NCBI GenBank assembly: GCA_033763315.1
Contig: JANRKS010000008.1
Location: 32,001 to 96,000, forward strand
Direction of reading: 5' to 3'
DNA length: 64,000 nt
Source of the DNA: Deltaproteobacteria bacterium
Lineage (GTDB): Bacteria; Myxococcota_A; Polyangia; Fen-1088
The translations under genes and the position numbers were made by a program. The notes under the pieces are model-generated. The model had not been told where the DNA came from and did no database searches. It worked only from the letters and a program-made list of their open reading frames with translations. Below are positions 31,201 to 39,464 of this stretch, one piece after another (the first letter of the stretch is position 1; every line of letters starts with the position of its first letter).

Positions 31201-31715
31201 TGCCCGTGCGCGCGCTTAGCGGCACGTTCATCGATATGGCCCTCGGAGTGGGGTGCCCCGTGGTGCCCGTGCGCTTCGCTGGTGGGTTGCCACTTGAGTC
31301 ACTGACCGAGCGGCTTGAGTTCCCAATCGGTATGGGCCGCCACGAGATCTACATTGGTGAGCCGCTGCTGCCCGAGGTGCTGCGGCCTTTGCACTATGGG
31401 GCCCGCCGCCAACGCGTGTTGGACGCGCTCAATGCCTTGGGTCCACCGCTGCACGAAGAAGTGCCGCTGCCTGCCGAACCAGACTTTGAACGCACCGTTA
31501 CCGCTTTGGCCGAAGCCAACGGCACAAACGTGGGCCACGCGGTGTTCTTGCATCTGTTGCAATCACTGCAGCAGCCGTGCGCCGAGCTGCGGTCCTTGTG
31601 CAACGCCTCGCCCGGCATGAACCTCACGCTGCCACAATCGCCACAGGGCCGCTGGTTGGCCGAACTCGCGCGTCGCTTGTGGGGCCGCAACGCGCCTCAT
31701 TTGCACCTAAGTTAA
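25278..31715 (+). CDS. pfa3: PUFA synthase Pfa3 (PfaBC-like): KS-CLF-DH'-DH-DH'-DH-AGPAT, without AT
   Basis: KS DAACASS/ECHATGT/GHLITAAG; CLF with SSEELS in place of the catalytic Cys; FabA-type DH motifs FKGHFKNDPCMPG and FKAHFFQDPVQPG; C-terminal acyltransferase blocks FLGNHQTTVES and VHVEGTR. Confidence 0.92.
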   Translation: MSASSFCPIAIVGRACVLPNALSPQALWDLVVRNTVATSRAPAGRWGIDSTLMLAGPGEATGDRALNDVGGYVHGFERVFNPHGFVLPGDFIAGLDPVFQWLLHTGREALRDAKWAGKRSRVGVAVGNLSYPSQALSRFAERVWLEGQPDPRTGSNHTTTGLMDVLGLPQIDPHNRFMSGLPAHLLAQALDLGAGAFALDAACASSLYAIKVACDALADGRADLMLAGAVNCADDLFIHAGFTALSALSPSGRTRPFHAEADGLVPAEGAAMVALMRLTDAQAQGAPILGVIRGIGLSNDGRGRGLLVPSQPGQVRALKAAYAGAGLSPDDVGYVECHATGTSVGDAVELGTLHEVFGARRHNLVVGSLKANLGHLITAAGAAGLIKVLSAFEAKAKPPMPSPDKPSGALQKLRTLQQAIPWLDEGRPRLAAVSAFGFGGNNAHLVVEEAPRAGAPLSRAVPAALPKRERIAIVALGARVADGTNVADFAEALFTGTSRLNHGVAAAYEVAVSLQGLRFPPNDLQETLPQQLLVLAAAREAVEQVAALPSQTTGVFVGMQCDAEIARHGARWHAAAWGQTLEAPSGWVDKARDAFVPLLGAAGVLGAMPNIPANRLSSQLDLQGPSFTVSSEELSGVRALALAERALQAGEIDAALVAAVDLCAEPVHMAAAKVLSAKRRTGGDAAIVMVCKRESDAVADGDRIVAFVQTQIAAPFSDEDDAREPDEADLLMGDGQGATSLHTLFGHPHAAVGLLHVAAASLCCEHGHLPGVEGDRLQAPRVWRSSSKPRVASVFVTALGEQACSVQITSANSSELPLSEVMRKLRAGAYQPAPPVLAFPAHRPRPRLPQLLEPQTILAPVQKPQLQDAFAPTAASAESHVTTVMPLPPWLPPAGDLIVGELNTTPAQAPRFAPFAQIPAVSAPAVRPRSPAPSSQALAYRNHVAQLHQSFIATATATHTQFLELRQKAFAVLLRGPGGTAVALPTWQPPPPQDVVTAPAIVAPTSLLSPPRGPAFSRAELEVHASGRISDLFGEGFAGQDQYAIQVRMPEPPLLLADRVVGIDAVPGSMGLGTVWTETDVREDSWFLNRGFMPAGIMIEAGQADLFLISYLGIDAHNKGERAYRLLGCELTYHGGLPKPGDTLRYEIHVDAHARQGDVRLFFFHYDCVVGDRRALTVRQGQAGFFSKDELDHSAGVLWRPETQDIVASPRLDPPAVNCTHSAFTAEQMRAFAAGDAFACFGSGYELAQTHTRSPAVQQGEMLLVDHIAAFEPTGGPWGRGYLKAVTPISANDWFFKGHFKNDPCMPGTLMYEGCLQAMAFYLAALGYTLDRDGWRFEPVPEETFKLQCRGQVLPSSKELVCELFVEEVIEGPTPTLYADLLGTVDGLKAFHARRVGLRLVPDWPLSSCKLAPVPHTKPVAEANGFAFDYASLLACAWGRPSAAFGPMYSVFDGIRRVARLPGPPYHFMSRVSRIEGDIGVCQPGATIEIEYDVPQHAWYFEQNGARTMPFCVLLEAVLQPCGWLASFVGSALLGSEDLSFRNLDGSGQVLAEVFPSSGTLRTVTTIKTVSRSGGMILETFEVQCFIGDTPIYKLHTGFGFFPKAALANQVGLPTTPVQRAQLEAPAPYFVDLTQNPARFCDGSLRLAGPMLLMIDRVTAYDAKGGAAGMGFARAEKTIDPSEWFFKAHFFQDPVQPGSLGIEAMLQLLQFTMIEDNLGHGMRQPRFVPLALGHDMTWKYRGQVVPTNKIVTTTLEITKRTEDEHGRPLVFAEASLWVDGKRIYHATSLGMSIVDDAPTALLAAETNASTEVWQVQTPQEFLPRTRAFWGHHLGTLPAAVDDIFTALVQRFVHRLHIKGSDTLATLAQAPHGVLFLGNHQTTVESTLFAIVASALVGSPILTLAKAENATFWLELLMQHTFAYPGLARLPMAKLFNRSDSASLPGIIAEMAEEMVNTRRSMMVHVEGTRALQARLPVRALSGTFIDMALGVGCPVVPVRFAGGLPLESLTERLEFPIGMGRHEIYIGEPLLPEVLRPLHYGARRQRVLDALNALGPPLHEEVPLPAEPDFERTVTALAEANGTNVGHAVFLHLLQSLQQPCAELRSLCNASPGMNLTLPQSPQGRWLAELARRLWGRNAPHLHLS

Positions 31716-32848
31716 CGGGCCGCAGGCGCCATCGTCAGCAGATCCGCCAGCCTCGTCAACGCATCGAACGCGGTTTGCTCCCGCGTAAAGCGAGGCATCA
31801 CCCACAGCGGCGCTTGGCCTTTGAAGTGTTCCCGCAAGCTGCCAGCCAAGGCCGCGTCGCGTTCCACCGCGTGGCTCTCACCTTGGGCCAGCACGCTCAG
31901 TTTCGCCAAGGCGTTGTGCGCTTGCGACGACGCGTCGGCAGCCAGCAAGGTCTCGTCTGGGAACGGCAGCGCCGCCGCTTGCGCGAGACTTTGGTTGAGC
32001 ACATAGCCGCCGATGCGCACACCAAGCTCCCGCGTGCGCGCCTCAAAATGCACAGCCTCATCCACCGCCGCTTGCGCAGGCGAAGTGACCAGCAAGAACG
32101 CCACATCTTTGCTGGCGAAGAACTTTTGCATCTCTTCTTGGTTGCGGGAGAGGTGCGCCAAGATCACTTGAAACAGCGCCAAGAAATCTTGCAGCTCGAT
32201 GCGCGCTTCTTTGCCCAGGCCCAAGTCCAAAATTTTGTTGATCACCGCGGTGCCCGCCCGGTGAAAGACGCTGCCTTTCTCGGGCAAAAAGAAGCTGAAG
32301 ATGCGCGGATCCAGAAAAGCGTTCGCGCGGCTCGGCGTATCCAAAAAGCGAATCGCGTCGCGCGACGGCGGCGTGTCCAGCACAACCAGATCAAAGCGGT
32401 TGTCTTTGACGAAGCCATGCAGCGCCTCAACCGCCGTATACTCATGCATGCCCGCCACCAGGGTGCTGACGTTCTGATACAGGCGGTTGCGGCGCATGCG
32501 CGCCGCGGCTTCTGGATCCTTGGTGATGCTGTCCACCACTTGGTCGCAAACCAACTGGGGATCCAACATCCACGCCGAAAGCGCGCCCGGCGGTTTCACA
32601 CCCACGGCGGCCAGGCGCTCGGCCGAAAGCGCCACCGGCTCTGTTTGATGAGCCGAAACACCCAACGCTTCCGCCAAACGCCGGCTTGGATCCACGGTGA
32701 TGGCCAGCACGCGCAGCCCCAAACGAGCGGCACTGAGCGCCAGCGACGCCGACACAGTTGTTTTGCCCACCCCGCCTGCGCCACAACAAACCAGCACGCG
32801 ACGCGAACGCGCGAGCTCTGCGATGCTGAACGCTAACTGATCGGTCAC
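31712..32848 (-). CDS. ArsA/Get3-family ATPase (second gene of the pair)
   Basis: CGAGGVGKTT, TVDPSRRLA and LDTPP motifs. Shares a TTAA stop overlap with the convergent pfa3. Confidence 0.88.
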   Translation of the reverse strand: MTDQLAFSIAELARSRRVLVCCGAGGVGKTTVSASLALSAARLGLRVLAITVDPSRRLAEALGVSAHQTEPVALSAERLAAVGVKPPGALSAWMLDPQLVCDQVVDSITKDPEAAARMRRNRLYQNVSTLVAGMHEYTAVEALHGFVKDNRFDLVVLDTPPSRDAIRFLDTPSRANAFLDPRIFSFFLPEKGSVFHRAGTAVINKILDLGLGKEARIELQDFLALFQVILAHLSRNQEEMQKFFASKDVAFLLVTSPAQAAVDEAVHFEARTRELGVRIGGYVLNQSLAQAAALPFPDETLLAADASSQAHNALAKLSVLAQGESHAVERDAALAGSLREHFKGQAPLWVMPRFTREQTAFDALTRLADLLTMAPAAR

Positions 32849-33774
32849 GAGGCCGCTCCCGGCTCGACGAGCGTCGAGAGCTGCTGCGCCAATCCTTCAC
32901 AAGGATCGCCTTGTTGCGGTTGCACTTCGCGCAGCTTCAGTAGCGGCAACCCTGACTCCTGCACCAAGCGGCGTTCCGCTTCGCCCGCCATCAAAATGCG
33001 TTCGAACGCAAAGCGGCCACGCAGCGGTTTAGCGTCCAACCACGCCTGTGCTTGCGCGCGTTCCGCTTCGGTGAAGGGATCATCCAAGAAGCGATTCAAG
33101 ATCACGCCTCCCAGCGGCACTCTGGTGCGACGCAAGCCTTCCACCAGTTCGATGGCTTCACTCACGGGCAAGGGCTCGGGGATCGTCACCACCCAGGCCG
33201 CTGTTTGTTGAGCGTCATAGATGAAGCCCTGGCCGCGCTTCATAGCCGTGGCCACAGGCCCGCGCGGCACGACTCGCAACGCCACATCGGGCAGCGTGGC
33301 CAACGCCAAGGTGTGCCCCGTGGCGGGCATGTCCACCACCACGGCGTTGTAAAGCTGGTTGCGGTGCTTGTCCTCAAGCTGCAGCAAGTGCAAGAAGTGG
33401 TAAAGAATGCCAAGTTCATAAAACGATGGGGCCGCACGCATGAACCGTTGCAGGGGTTTTGATCGCAGGGCCGCGCTCACCAAGGGGCCCGCCGGGATCA
33501 CGGCTCGCGCGAACAACTCGTGCCCTGTGTTCGCCCACAACTGGCAAGCGTCGATCGAGGGCAGCACAGGTTCGGGCTGATCGTTGAGCGTGCGACGGCC
33601 GAAGTATTTGCCCAGCGGCGAGAAACCTTCTTCGGGTTGGCCCGTTTCCACCAACAGCACCCGCCGGCCGGCCCCGGCCAGCGCACGCGCCGCCGCCACG
33701 GACACGATGGTTCGCCCCACCCCTCCTTTGCCGGTGATCAAGTGTATGCGTTGTGAAAAGCTCAACGGATCCAA
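32845..33774 (-). CDS. ArsA/Get3-family ATPase (first gene of the pair, variant P-loop)
   Basis: TGKGGVGRT, VVDMPATGH and VTIPEPLPVSE motifs; 4-bp overlap with its partner gene. Confidence 0.85.
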   Translation of the reverse strand: MDPLSFSQRIHLITGKGGVGRTIVSVAAARALAGAGRRVLLVETGQPEEGFSPLGKYFGRRTLNDQPEPVLPSIDACQLWANTGHELFARAVIPAGPLVSAALRSKPLQRFMRAAPSFYELGILYHFLHLLQLEDKHRNQLYNAVVVDMPATGHTLALATLPDVALRVVPRGPVATAMKRGQGFIYDAQQTAAWVVTIPEPLPVSEAIELVEGLRRTRVPLGGVILNRFLDDPFTEAERAQAQAWLDAKPLRGRFAFERILMAGEAERRLVQESGLPLLKLREVQPQQGDPCEGLAQQLSTLVEPGAAS

Positions 33775-33879
33775 CGGATATCGTAGCGCGGGGGCGGCCA
33801 GGCTCCAAAACTGGCGTGTCCCTGAAGCTGCAGGTCAAGTCCGCACGGCGGTTTGTGCGGTATTCTTGAGACGTCTTCG

Positions 33880-34734
33880 GTGCACCCCTTGCGCTTTTGT
33901 TCAGCCTTAACCGCTTTGTTGTTGGTCGCAAACGTCGGCGCGGCCGCGGCCGACCACGCCTGGCCCACCACGGCGCACGAGACCCTGGCCGAGCGTTTTG
34001 CGCCGCCCGACGGTTACCGCCGAACCGCCGCGCCCGACGGCAGCTTTGCCGCTTGGTTGCGGCAGCTGCCCGTATTGCCTGGACGCCCGCCGGTAACGCT
34101 GTGGAATGGCCAACCGAAGGGCAACCAAACAGCACACGCCGCTGTGCTGGACATTGATGTGGGTAAACGCGATCTGCAACAGTGCGCGGACGCCGTGATG
34201 CGTTTGCGTGCCGAGTATCTCAAGGCCGCGGGTAAACCATCCAAGATCTGCTTTCACTTAAGCGATGGCAGCCTCGCGGCGTGGACCGACTGGCAAATCG
34301 GCTATCGTCCGCGCATGCAAGGCAAGCGAATGCAATTCGTGCGCACGGCCGCCGCCAACAGTTCTTACAAGGCGTTTCGCCAATACCTCGACCTGGTGTT
34401 TTCTTACGCGGGTTCGATGTCGCTCAGCCGGGAGCTCTCGCGCGTTCCCACCGTGCGCAACATCGAAGCGGGTGATGTGTTCGTCAAAGGTGGTTTTCCA
34501 GGCCACGCGGTGATCGTTCTTGATGTGGCTGAACGTGACGATGGCGAACGTGTGTTCTTATTGGCTCAAAGCTACATGCCAGCACAACAGATCCACGTGT
34601 TACGCAACCCCAACGATGCTTCGGCGTGGTACCACACCAGCGATGAAGCGCCTCTGCTGACCCCCGAGTGGGCATTCGCGCCGGTCTCGTTGCATCGCTT
34701 CCCCAACCGAAACTGCGAGTCAAACGCACGGTGA
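33880..34734 (+). CDS. DUF4846-family secreted protein
   Basis: RFAPPDGYRR, DLQQCADAVMRLRAEY, GGFPGHAVIV and LAQSYMPAQQIH. Start moved from TTG 33853 to GTG 33880, downstream of a TATTCT box. Confidence 0.82.
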   Translation: MHPLRFCSALTALLLVANVGAAAADHAWPTTAHETLAERFAPPDGYRRTAAPDGSFAAWLRQLPVLPGRPPVTLWNGQPKGNQTAHAAVLDIDVGKRDLQQCADAVMRLRAEYLKAAGKPSKICFHLSDGSLAAWTDWQIGYRPRMQGKRMQFVRTAAANSSYKAFRQYLDLVFSYAGSMSLSRELSRVPTVRNIEAGDVFVKGGFPGHAVIVLDVAERDDGERVFLLAQSYMPAQQIHVLRNPNDASAWYHTSDEAPLLTPEWAFAPVSLHRFPNRNCESNAR

Positions 34735-35477
34735 GGGTTGTCGGCCTGCTGGTGCTGCTTTCGTGCTCCGCGGTGGCACGCGCGGAAGCGCCACCCGCGG
34801 CATTGGGTTGCCTCGCTGGGCACTACGGCCTTCGCAGTGTTTATGAGCGAAACGCCTGGCATCTTGAGTTGCCGTCGGGCGCGCGTGTGCCCTACGACGA
34901 TGGCGCCGCAAAGACCTTCGCGCAGATGTTGGATGCGCCTGACGTGCAAGACACCCTTGCTTTACACTACGAGCCTGGTCAGCTGACTCCCGTGATGAAC
35001 GTGGATTTTGATCCGGGCCGCGTTCGCGTCGAGCGTTTGTTCGCGGAGGTCTATGGCCGGCGCGAAGATCTCGTTACCGTGAAATGGTTCGGCCAGAGCG
35101 TGCGCGTGCACAAACGTGTGCTGGTGCCGCTGCAACAAGTGGAGGCTTCGTTGCAACCGGCGCTGACGCAAACACCAGCGTTGTGGAAGTATGTGCGACC
35201 GCTGGGTGGTGGCTACAACGCTCGTCGCATCGCTGGGACGGCGCGCACCAGTGCCCATGCTTATGGCATCGCGATCGACTTAAACGTGCGCTTCGCAAAC
35301 TATTGGCAATGGGACAAGCCCCCCGGGCGTCGCTGGCGCAACCAATTGCCCGAGGTGATCGTTGATGCCTTTGAGGCCGCCGGGTTCATCTGGGGCGGAC
35401 GCTGGTACCACTACGACACCATGCACTTCGAGTACCGCCCCGAATTGCTGGATCCAGCCTGCCACCTTACGAACTAG
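34731..35477 (+). CDS. M15-family peptidoglycan metallopeptidase
   Basis: RRIAGT, SAHAYGIAIDLN and WGGRWYHYDTMHFEY. The GTG start overlaps the upstream TGA (GTGA). Confidence 0.88.
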   Translation: MRVVGLLVLLSCSAVARAEAPPAALGCLAGHYGLRSVYERNAWHLELPSGARVPYDDGAAKTFAQMLDAPDVQDTLALHYEPGQLTPVMNVDFDPGRVRVERLFAEVYGRREDLVTVKWFGQSVRVHKRVLVPLQQVEASLQPALTQTPALWKYVRPLGGGYNARRIAGTARTSAHAYGIAIDLNVRFANYWQWDKPPGRRWRNQLPEVIVDAFEAAGFIWGGRWYHYDTMHFEYRPELLDPACHLTN

Positions 35478-36477
35478 ATGGTGGCGCGAAACCAAACGCG
35501 AACGCTTCGACGTTGGTTTGGCTCACGCGGGAGTATTTGCTGCCATCTGCCGAGCGAAAAATGCCGCCCCCACCCAAATCTGGTGTGAAAGCACGAAACC
35601 AAAAGCCCTGCCCCCAAGCGCCGTTTCCGGGCACGCCACAAGACGCGCGGCTTTTGATTTCATCCATGCATGAAGCCGCATCGGTCATGCCGTTCCACCG
35701 GGTCCAGGCCAAGCCATCTTTCGATTCAAAGACTTGCTTTGCGTCACCAAACGCAGCGAACTTCCCGCCACCAAAGACGACTTTGGGGTGGCCGCCACTT
35801 TCAAAGCGACCGCCCCTTCTCCAGGTAAGGCCGTCCGATGACACATAGGCATTCGAGCCGCATGTGGCGATGAAAATGCCATTGCCAAACGCAAGCCCAT
35901 CTACGATGCCACCGCCACACGGATGTTGTTGTTGCTGCTTCCACGTGATGCCGTCCGTCGACGTCAGATACTTCCAGCCACCCGTGGCCCACAGGCCCTT
36001 GCCGTAGGCAACTGCGCGCAACAGGTTTTCGTCGTCACCACCGGAGGGCGCCAACTGGGTGAGGTTCTTCCACGTCAGCCCCGTGTCGGTGGAGCGAATG
36101 CGTACGCCCGCGTAGCCCACGCCAACGATGGCGGGGACCCATCCCGCCGGCACGTCACCTTGAGAAACACGCGCGTCAACCGACGCACCACCACCACCCG
36201 TAGCCATTCCGCCATCGCGGCTTTGCATACCGGCATCGGTCATGTCGCCCCCAGCGCCGCCTGACACTTGCGTTGATGCGCCTGCGGCACCGCCCACACT
36301 GCCACCTGCCGCGTTACCGCCCGTTTGCCCTCCCGAGCCTCGGTCCACAGAGGTTGCGCCAGCGTCTTCTTCACCATCGTCGGAAGACGCGCCCCCAGAA
36401 TCAAGTTCAGCCGTGCACGCCACCGCAAGCGTGGCGAAGGAAAGAGACATCAACCGTAGACGCGCCCGTAACTGCAT
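35467..36477 (-). CDS. Lipoprotein with Gly-rich linker and BNR/Asp-box beta-propeller
   Basis: Lipobox AVAC; repeats STDTGLTW, STDGITW, SSDGLTW, SKDGLAW and SADGSKY. Confidence 0.75.
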   Translation of the reverse strand: MQLRARLRLMSLSFATLAVACTAELDSGGASSDDGEEDAGATSVDRGSGGQTGGNAAGGSVGGAAGASTQVSGGAGGDMTDAGMQSRDGGMATGGGGASVDARVSQGDVPAGWVPAIVGVGYAGVRIRSTDTGLTWKNLTQLAPSGGDDENLLRAVAYGKGLWATGGWKYLTSTDGITWKQQQQHPCGGGIVDGLAFGNGIFIATCGSNAYVSSDGLTWRRGGRFESGGHPKVVFGGGKFAAFGDAKQVFESKDGLAWTRWNGMTDAASCMDEIKSRASCGVPGNGAWGQGFWFRAFTPDLGGGGIFRSADGSKYSRVSQTNVEAFAFGFAPPSSS

Positions 36478-36701
36478 GGGTGCCTGCTTTGAAGGGGCCA
36501 AGGAAAAGCTTGGGGTCTGATTATCCACAAGCGTTCGCCGTCCTGCCAGCACAGCATGTGTAAACTTTTGGTCAGGCCGGCTGCTTCGAACGTCACGCAG
36601 CCGAATACGCCCGTGGCTTGCCGCAAAAGTCGATTGTGTGAGCCGGTTTCAGACGTCCGCGGCAGTCCGTGAAGAACTTGGTTCGTTCTGGAGGCCGTTT
36701 T

Positions 36702-38837
36702 ATGTCACGTCGTCATGGTTTCTTTATCGTTGCGTTGTGCTTTACGACGATTGTTTGTGCGCGCGCCAGCCACGCCCAATACGGCAGCAGCTTTGCGCTG
36801 CCCGAGGACGCACCGAAAGCCAATGTGCGTGACTTCGGCGCCAAAGGTGACGGCACTACGGACGATACGGCCGCCATCAAGACGGCGATCGCTTCGACCT
36901 ATGCGGCCTGGGAGGCCATCTACCTTCCCGCGGGCACCTACTTGGTTTCGGATTCCATCGACGTTGGCCGCTTCTTGACGATTCGGGGAGATGGCACGGG
37001 CAAGACAATCATAAAGCTGAAGAACAACGCCAGTGGCTATGGTGATCGCAACAAACCGAAATTTGTGTTGCGGGCGATATTGGCCGCCGACGTCACATCT
37101 CACAACAACACCACCCACAGCGTTCACTTCATGCACTTCACCGTCGATGTTGGTGCAGGCAACCCGGGCGCTGTGGCCGTGGACTTCATGGCTCACAACG
37201 GTGGTGGCATCGAGGACGTGGCGCTCAAAGCCCCCGCAGGCTCTGGAAGCATGGGTATCTCGCTGCTGCGGGACGCAAACGGGCCGTCGCTGTTTTCGCG
37301 CATAAACATCAGCGGATTTGACACAGGCATAGCGATCGCGGGCGGCGTTTACGGCACCGTCTTTGAGCACGTGACGCTGACAGGGCAAAAGGTTGTGGGC
37401 ATCAAGAACGATCAGCACCCTTTGACGATGCGTGACCTGATGAGCACGAATCAAGTGCCCGCCATCCACAGCGAAGCCCCGGAATATGGCATGTTGGTGT
37501 TGCTTGATTCACGCCTCGAAGGCGGCGCGACAGGCAGTGCAGCCGTGGAAGCCACGGGCTCTTACTTGATTCGCGATCTGCGCGTGCAGGGCTACGGGTT
37601 TGCGCTTAAAAGCGGCAACACCACCGTGCCAGGGCCCACGATCGATGAACGCACCTCCAGCCCAATCCGTGTGTCCGGTGCGTCGAAGGCGGCAACGTTG
37701 CGGATGCCCATTAAAGAGCCGCCGGAGAGCGCTTGGGATGCGCCCTCGTCTTGGCAAAGTGTGAGGGCATTTGAGAACCTCGTAAAAAACGGTGATTGGA
37801 CGCCTGCCATTCAAGCAGCCATCGATGCGGGCAAGCCAACGGTTTATTTCCCCAACAACACACATTCACCCTACCCATGCAAAGGTGATGTGCATCTGCG
37901 CGGCGCTGTTCGTCGGCTGATCGGCATGGAAGCCAATCTAGATCAGGGACGCTTGATCATCGACGGCACCGATGCGAAAGCCGTCTATTACATCGAACAA
38001 GTGCGTGCCGATGGTGGCTTCATCCACGCGTCGCCAGCCACGGTGGTGCTGCGCCGATCCTTGGGCGGCTCTGTGACCACCAAACCAGGAGCGGGCGATT
38101 TGTTTGTGGACGACTGGTGCTGCGGCAACTTCGTGGTGGATCATTCCAACGTGTGGGCGCGGCAACTGAACGAAGAATCGCTGACCACCAAACTGCAAGT
38201 CAACGGCGGCCGTCTGTGGATCTTAGGTTTGAAGACCGAACAATTCGGCACTGTGGGACGATTTCAGAACGGTGCTGCCGTGGAGATTTTAGGGGGCCTG
38301 ATCTATCCGGCCCAAGGCAAGCCCACAACGCCTGCGTATGTGAACGAAGACAGTTTTTTCACCGCGTTTCATCGCGAGATCGGCAATGGGTATGCCACGT
38401 TCGATCGCGAAACCCGCAACGGCAAAACGACTGACGTGAACCCATCCTTCACGCAAGGAACAATGTTCACCTCGAGTGAGGGCTGGACCGGCGCGGTGGC
38501 ACCAGGCACGGGCGGCGCAGGCGGCAGTAGCAACACAGCAGGCGCAGGCGGCAGCAGCAACACAGCAGGCGCAGGCGGCAACAACGCAGGCCGAGGCGGC
38601 AGTGGCGGCAATCGCAGCAACGGGGGCCGAGGAGGCAATGACGGCGGACCGCCTGCGGGTGGTGTTGGCGGCGACGTGTCAAATACCGCCGGCACGGATG
38701 GCAACCCCGACGACGACGTCGAGGCCCAATCCAGCAATGGTTGCCAGATCGGCTCTCACGCACACAGCTGGGCAACGCCATTCGTGGCCTTGCTGCTGTT
38801 GTGCATCCGGCGCCGACGGCTCACACGTCGTTCGTAA
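36702..38837 (+). CDS. Beta-helix glycoside hydrolase (pectate_lyase_3/GH55-like) with MYXO-CTERM-like anchor
   Basis: GGAGG RBS before ATG 36702; NVRDFGAKGDGTTDDTAAI...YLPAGTYLVS; second DWTPAIQAAID repeat; Gly-rich stalk; GC...hydrophobic...RRRR tail. Confidence 0.8.
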   Translation: MSRRHGFFIVALCFTTIVCARASHAQYGSSFALPEDAPKANVRDFGAKGDGTTDDTAAIKTAIASTYAAWEAIYLPAGTYLVSDSIDVGRFLTIRGDGTGKTIIKLKNNASGYGDRNKPKFVLRAILAADVTSHNNTTHSVHFMHFTVDVGAGNPGAVAVDFMAHNGGGIEDVALKAPAGSGSMGISLLRDANGPSLFSRINISGFDTGIAIAGGVYGTVFEHVTLTGQKVVGIKNDQHPLTMRDLMSTNQVPAIHSEAPEYGMLVLLDSRLEGGATGSAAVEATGSYLIRDLRVQGYGFALKSGNTTVPGPTIDERTSSPIRVSGASKAATLRMPIKEPPESAWDAPSSWQSVRAFENLVKNGDWTPAIQAAIDAGKPTVYFPNNTHSPYPCKGDVHLRGAVRRLIGMEANLDQGRLIIDGTDAKAVYYIEQVRADGGFIHASPATVVLRRSLGGSVTTKPGAGDLFVDDWCCGNFVVDHSNVWARQLNEESLTTKLQVNGGRLWILGLKTEQFGTVGRFQNGAAVEILGGLIYPAQGKPTTPAYVNEDSFFTAFHREIGNGYATFDRETRNGKTTDVNPSFTQGTMFTSSEGWTGAVAPGTGGAGGSSNTAGAGGSSNTAGAGGNNAGRGGSGGNRSNGGRGGNDGGPPAGGVGGDVSNTAGTDGNPDDDVEAQSSNGCQIGSHAHSWATPFVALLLLCIRRRRLTRRS
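38514..38590 (+). repeat. 27-bp coding tandem repeat (GAGGSSNTA) in the stalk
   Basis: ggcgcaggcggcagYagcaacacagca twice, plus a partial third copy. Confidence 0.85.
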
Positions 38838-39414
38838 ACAGTCCGGTGGCGAGTTTCATGATGTGCTTCGCCACATCCACGGGCCAAGCGCGGATCAGCG
38901 ACAAGAATTTGAACTCCTCGCTCGCATACAACGCACGCGTGGCTTCTTCGAACCCGGGCAGATCACCCGCCATGGTGGCCATGAATCGATAAGTGGCATC
39001 GCGGGCGATCCGCTTCTCATCGGCGGTGGCATGCGTGCGACGCGCTTCATCCACCAAGCGGCGCAAAGCCACAGACGCGCCGCCGCGCTGCCGGCTGAGC
39101 CACTCCCAGTGGCGCGGCAACAACGTCACCTCGCGGGCCACCACCCCCAATTTGGGCCGGCCTGGTCCACGGGCGACCTCGGCAGGTGCATGCCCCCGCT
39201 GACGCCGCTCCAAACGCGCCCGAACGTCTTCCACAGTCCCGCGAAAATCCACCTCCACAGGCTCACTGGTGCGGGCGTTCAGCAGCAACACATTGGTCAA
39301 ATGGTGGACGTCGATCACGTGTTTTGCAGCCAACGCCACCGCTGTCAGCGTCCCCGAGGCGATCTCGTCCATGCCCGCAAAAGCGATCACCTCAAGCTCT
39401 TCGTTGGATTCCAT
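38821..39414 (-). CDS. DUF2239-family protein
   Basis: RGPGRPKLGVVAREVTLLPRHWEWL...GGASVALRRLVDEAR...MAGDLPGFEEATRALYA. Confidence 0.88.
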   Translation of the reverse strand: MESNEELEVIAFAGMDEIASGTLTAVALAAKHVIDVHHLTNVLLLNARTSEPVEVDFRGTVEDVRARLERRQRGHAPAEVARGPGRPKLGVVAREVTLLPRHWEWLSRQRGGASVALRRLVDEARRTHATADEKRIARDATYRFMATMAGDLPGFEEATRALYASEEFKFLSLIRAWPVDVAKHIMKLATGLFTNDV

Positions 39415-39420
39415 TCCCTA

Positions 39421-39464
39421 ATAATACCCGGATAAAACACAGCGGCAATATTACCCGGGTGTTT
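39421..39464. promoter_or_regulatory. Two quasi-palindromic operator boxes overlapping the DUF2239 promoter
   Basis: ATAATACCCGGATAAAA (39421-39437) and ATATTACCCGGGTGTTT (39448-39464), with starts 27 bp apart. The first contains the minus-strand TATTAT -10 box. Confidence 0.65.

Noticed and set aside
31712-33774. Arsenic resistance operon
   Set aside because: No arsB/acr3, arsC, arsD or arsR, and the proteins are single-domain rather than tandem ArsA.
36521-36529. Perfect DnaA box TTATCCACA in a divergent intergenic region
   Set aside because: Single copy, with no AT-rich unwinding element and no dnaA/dnaN/gidA context. Not an origin, and it may be chance.
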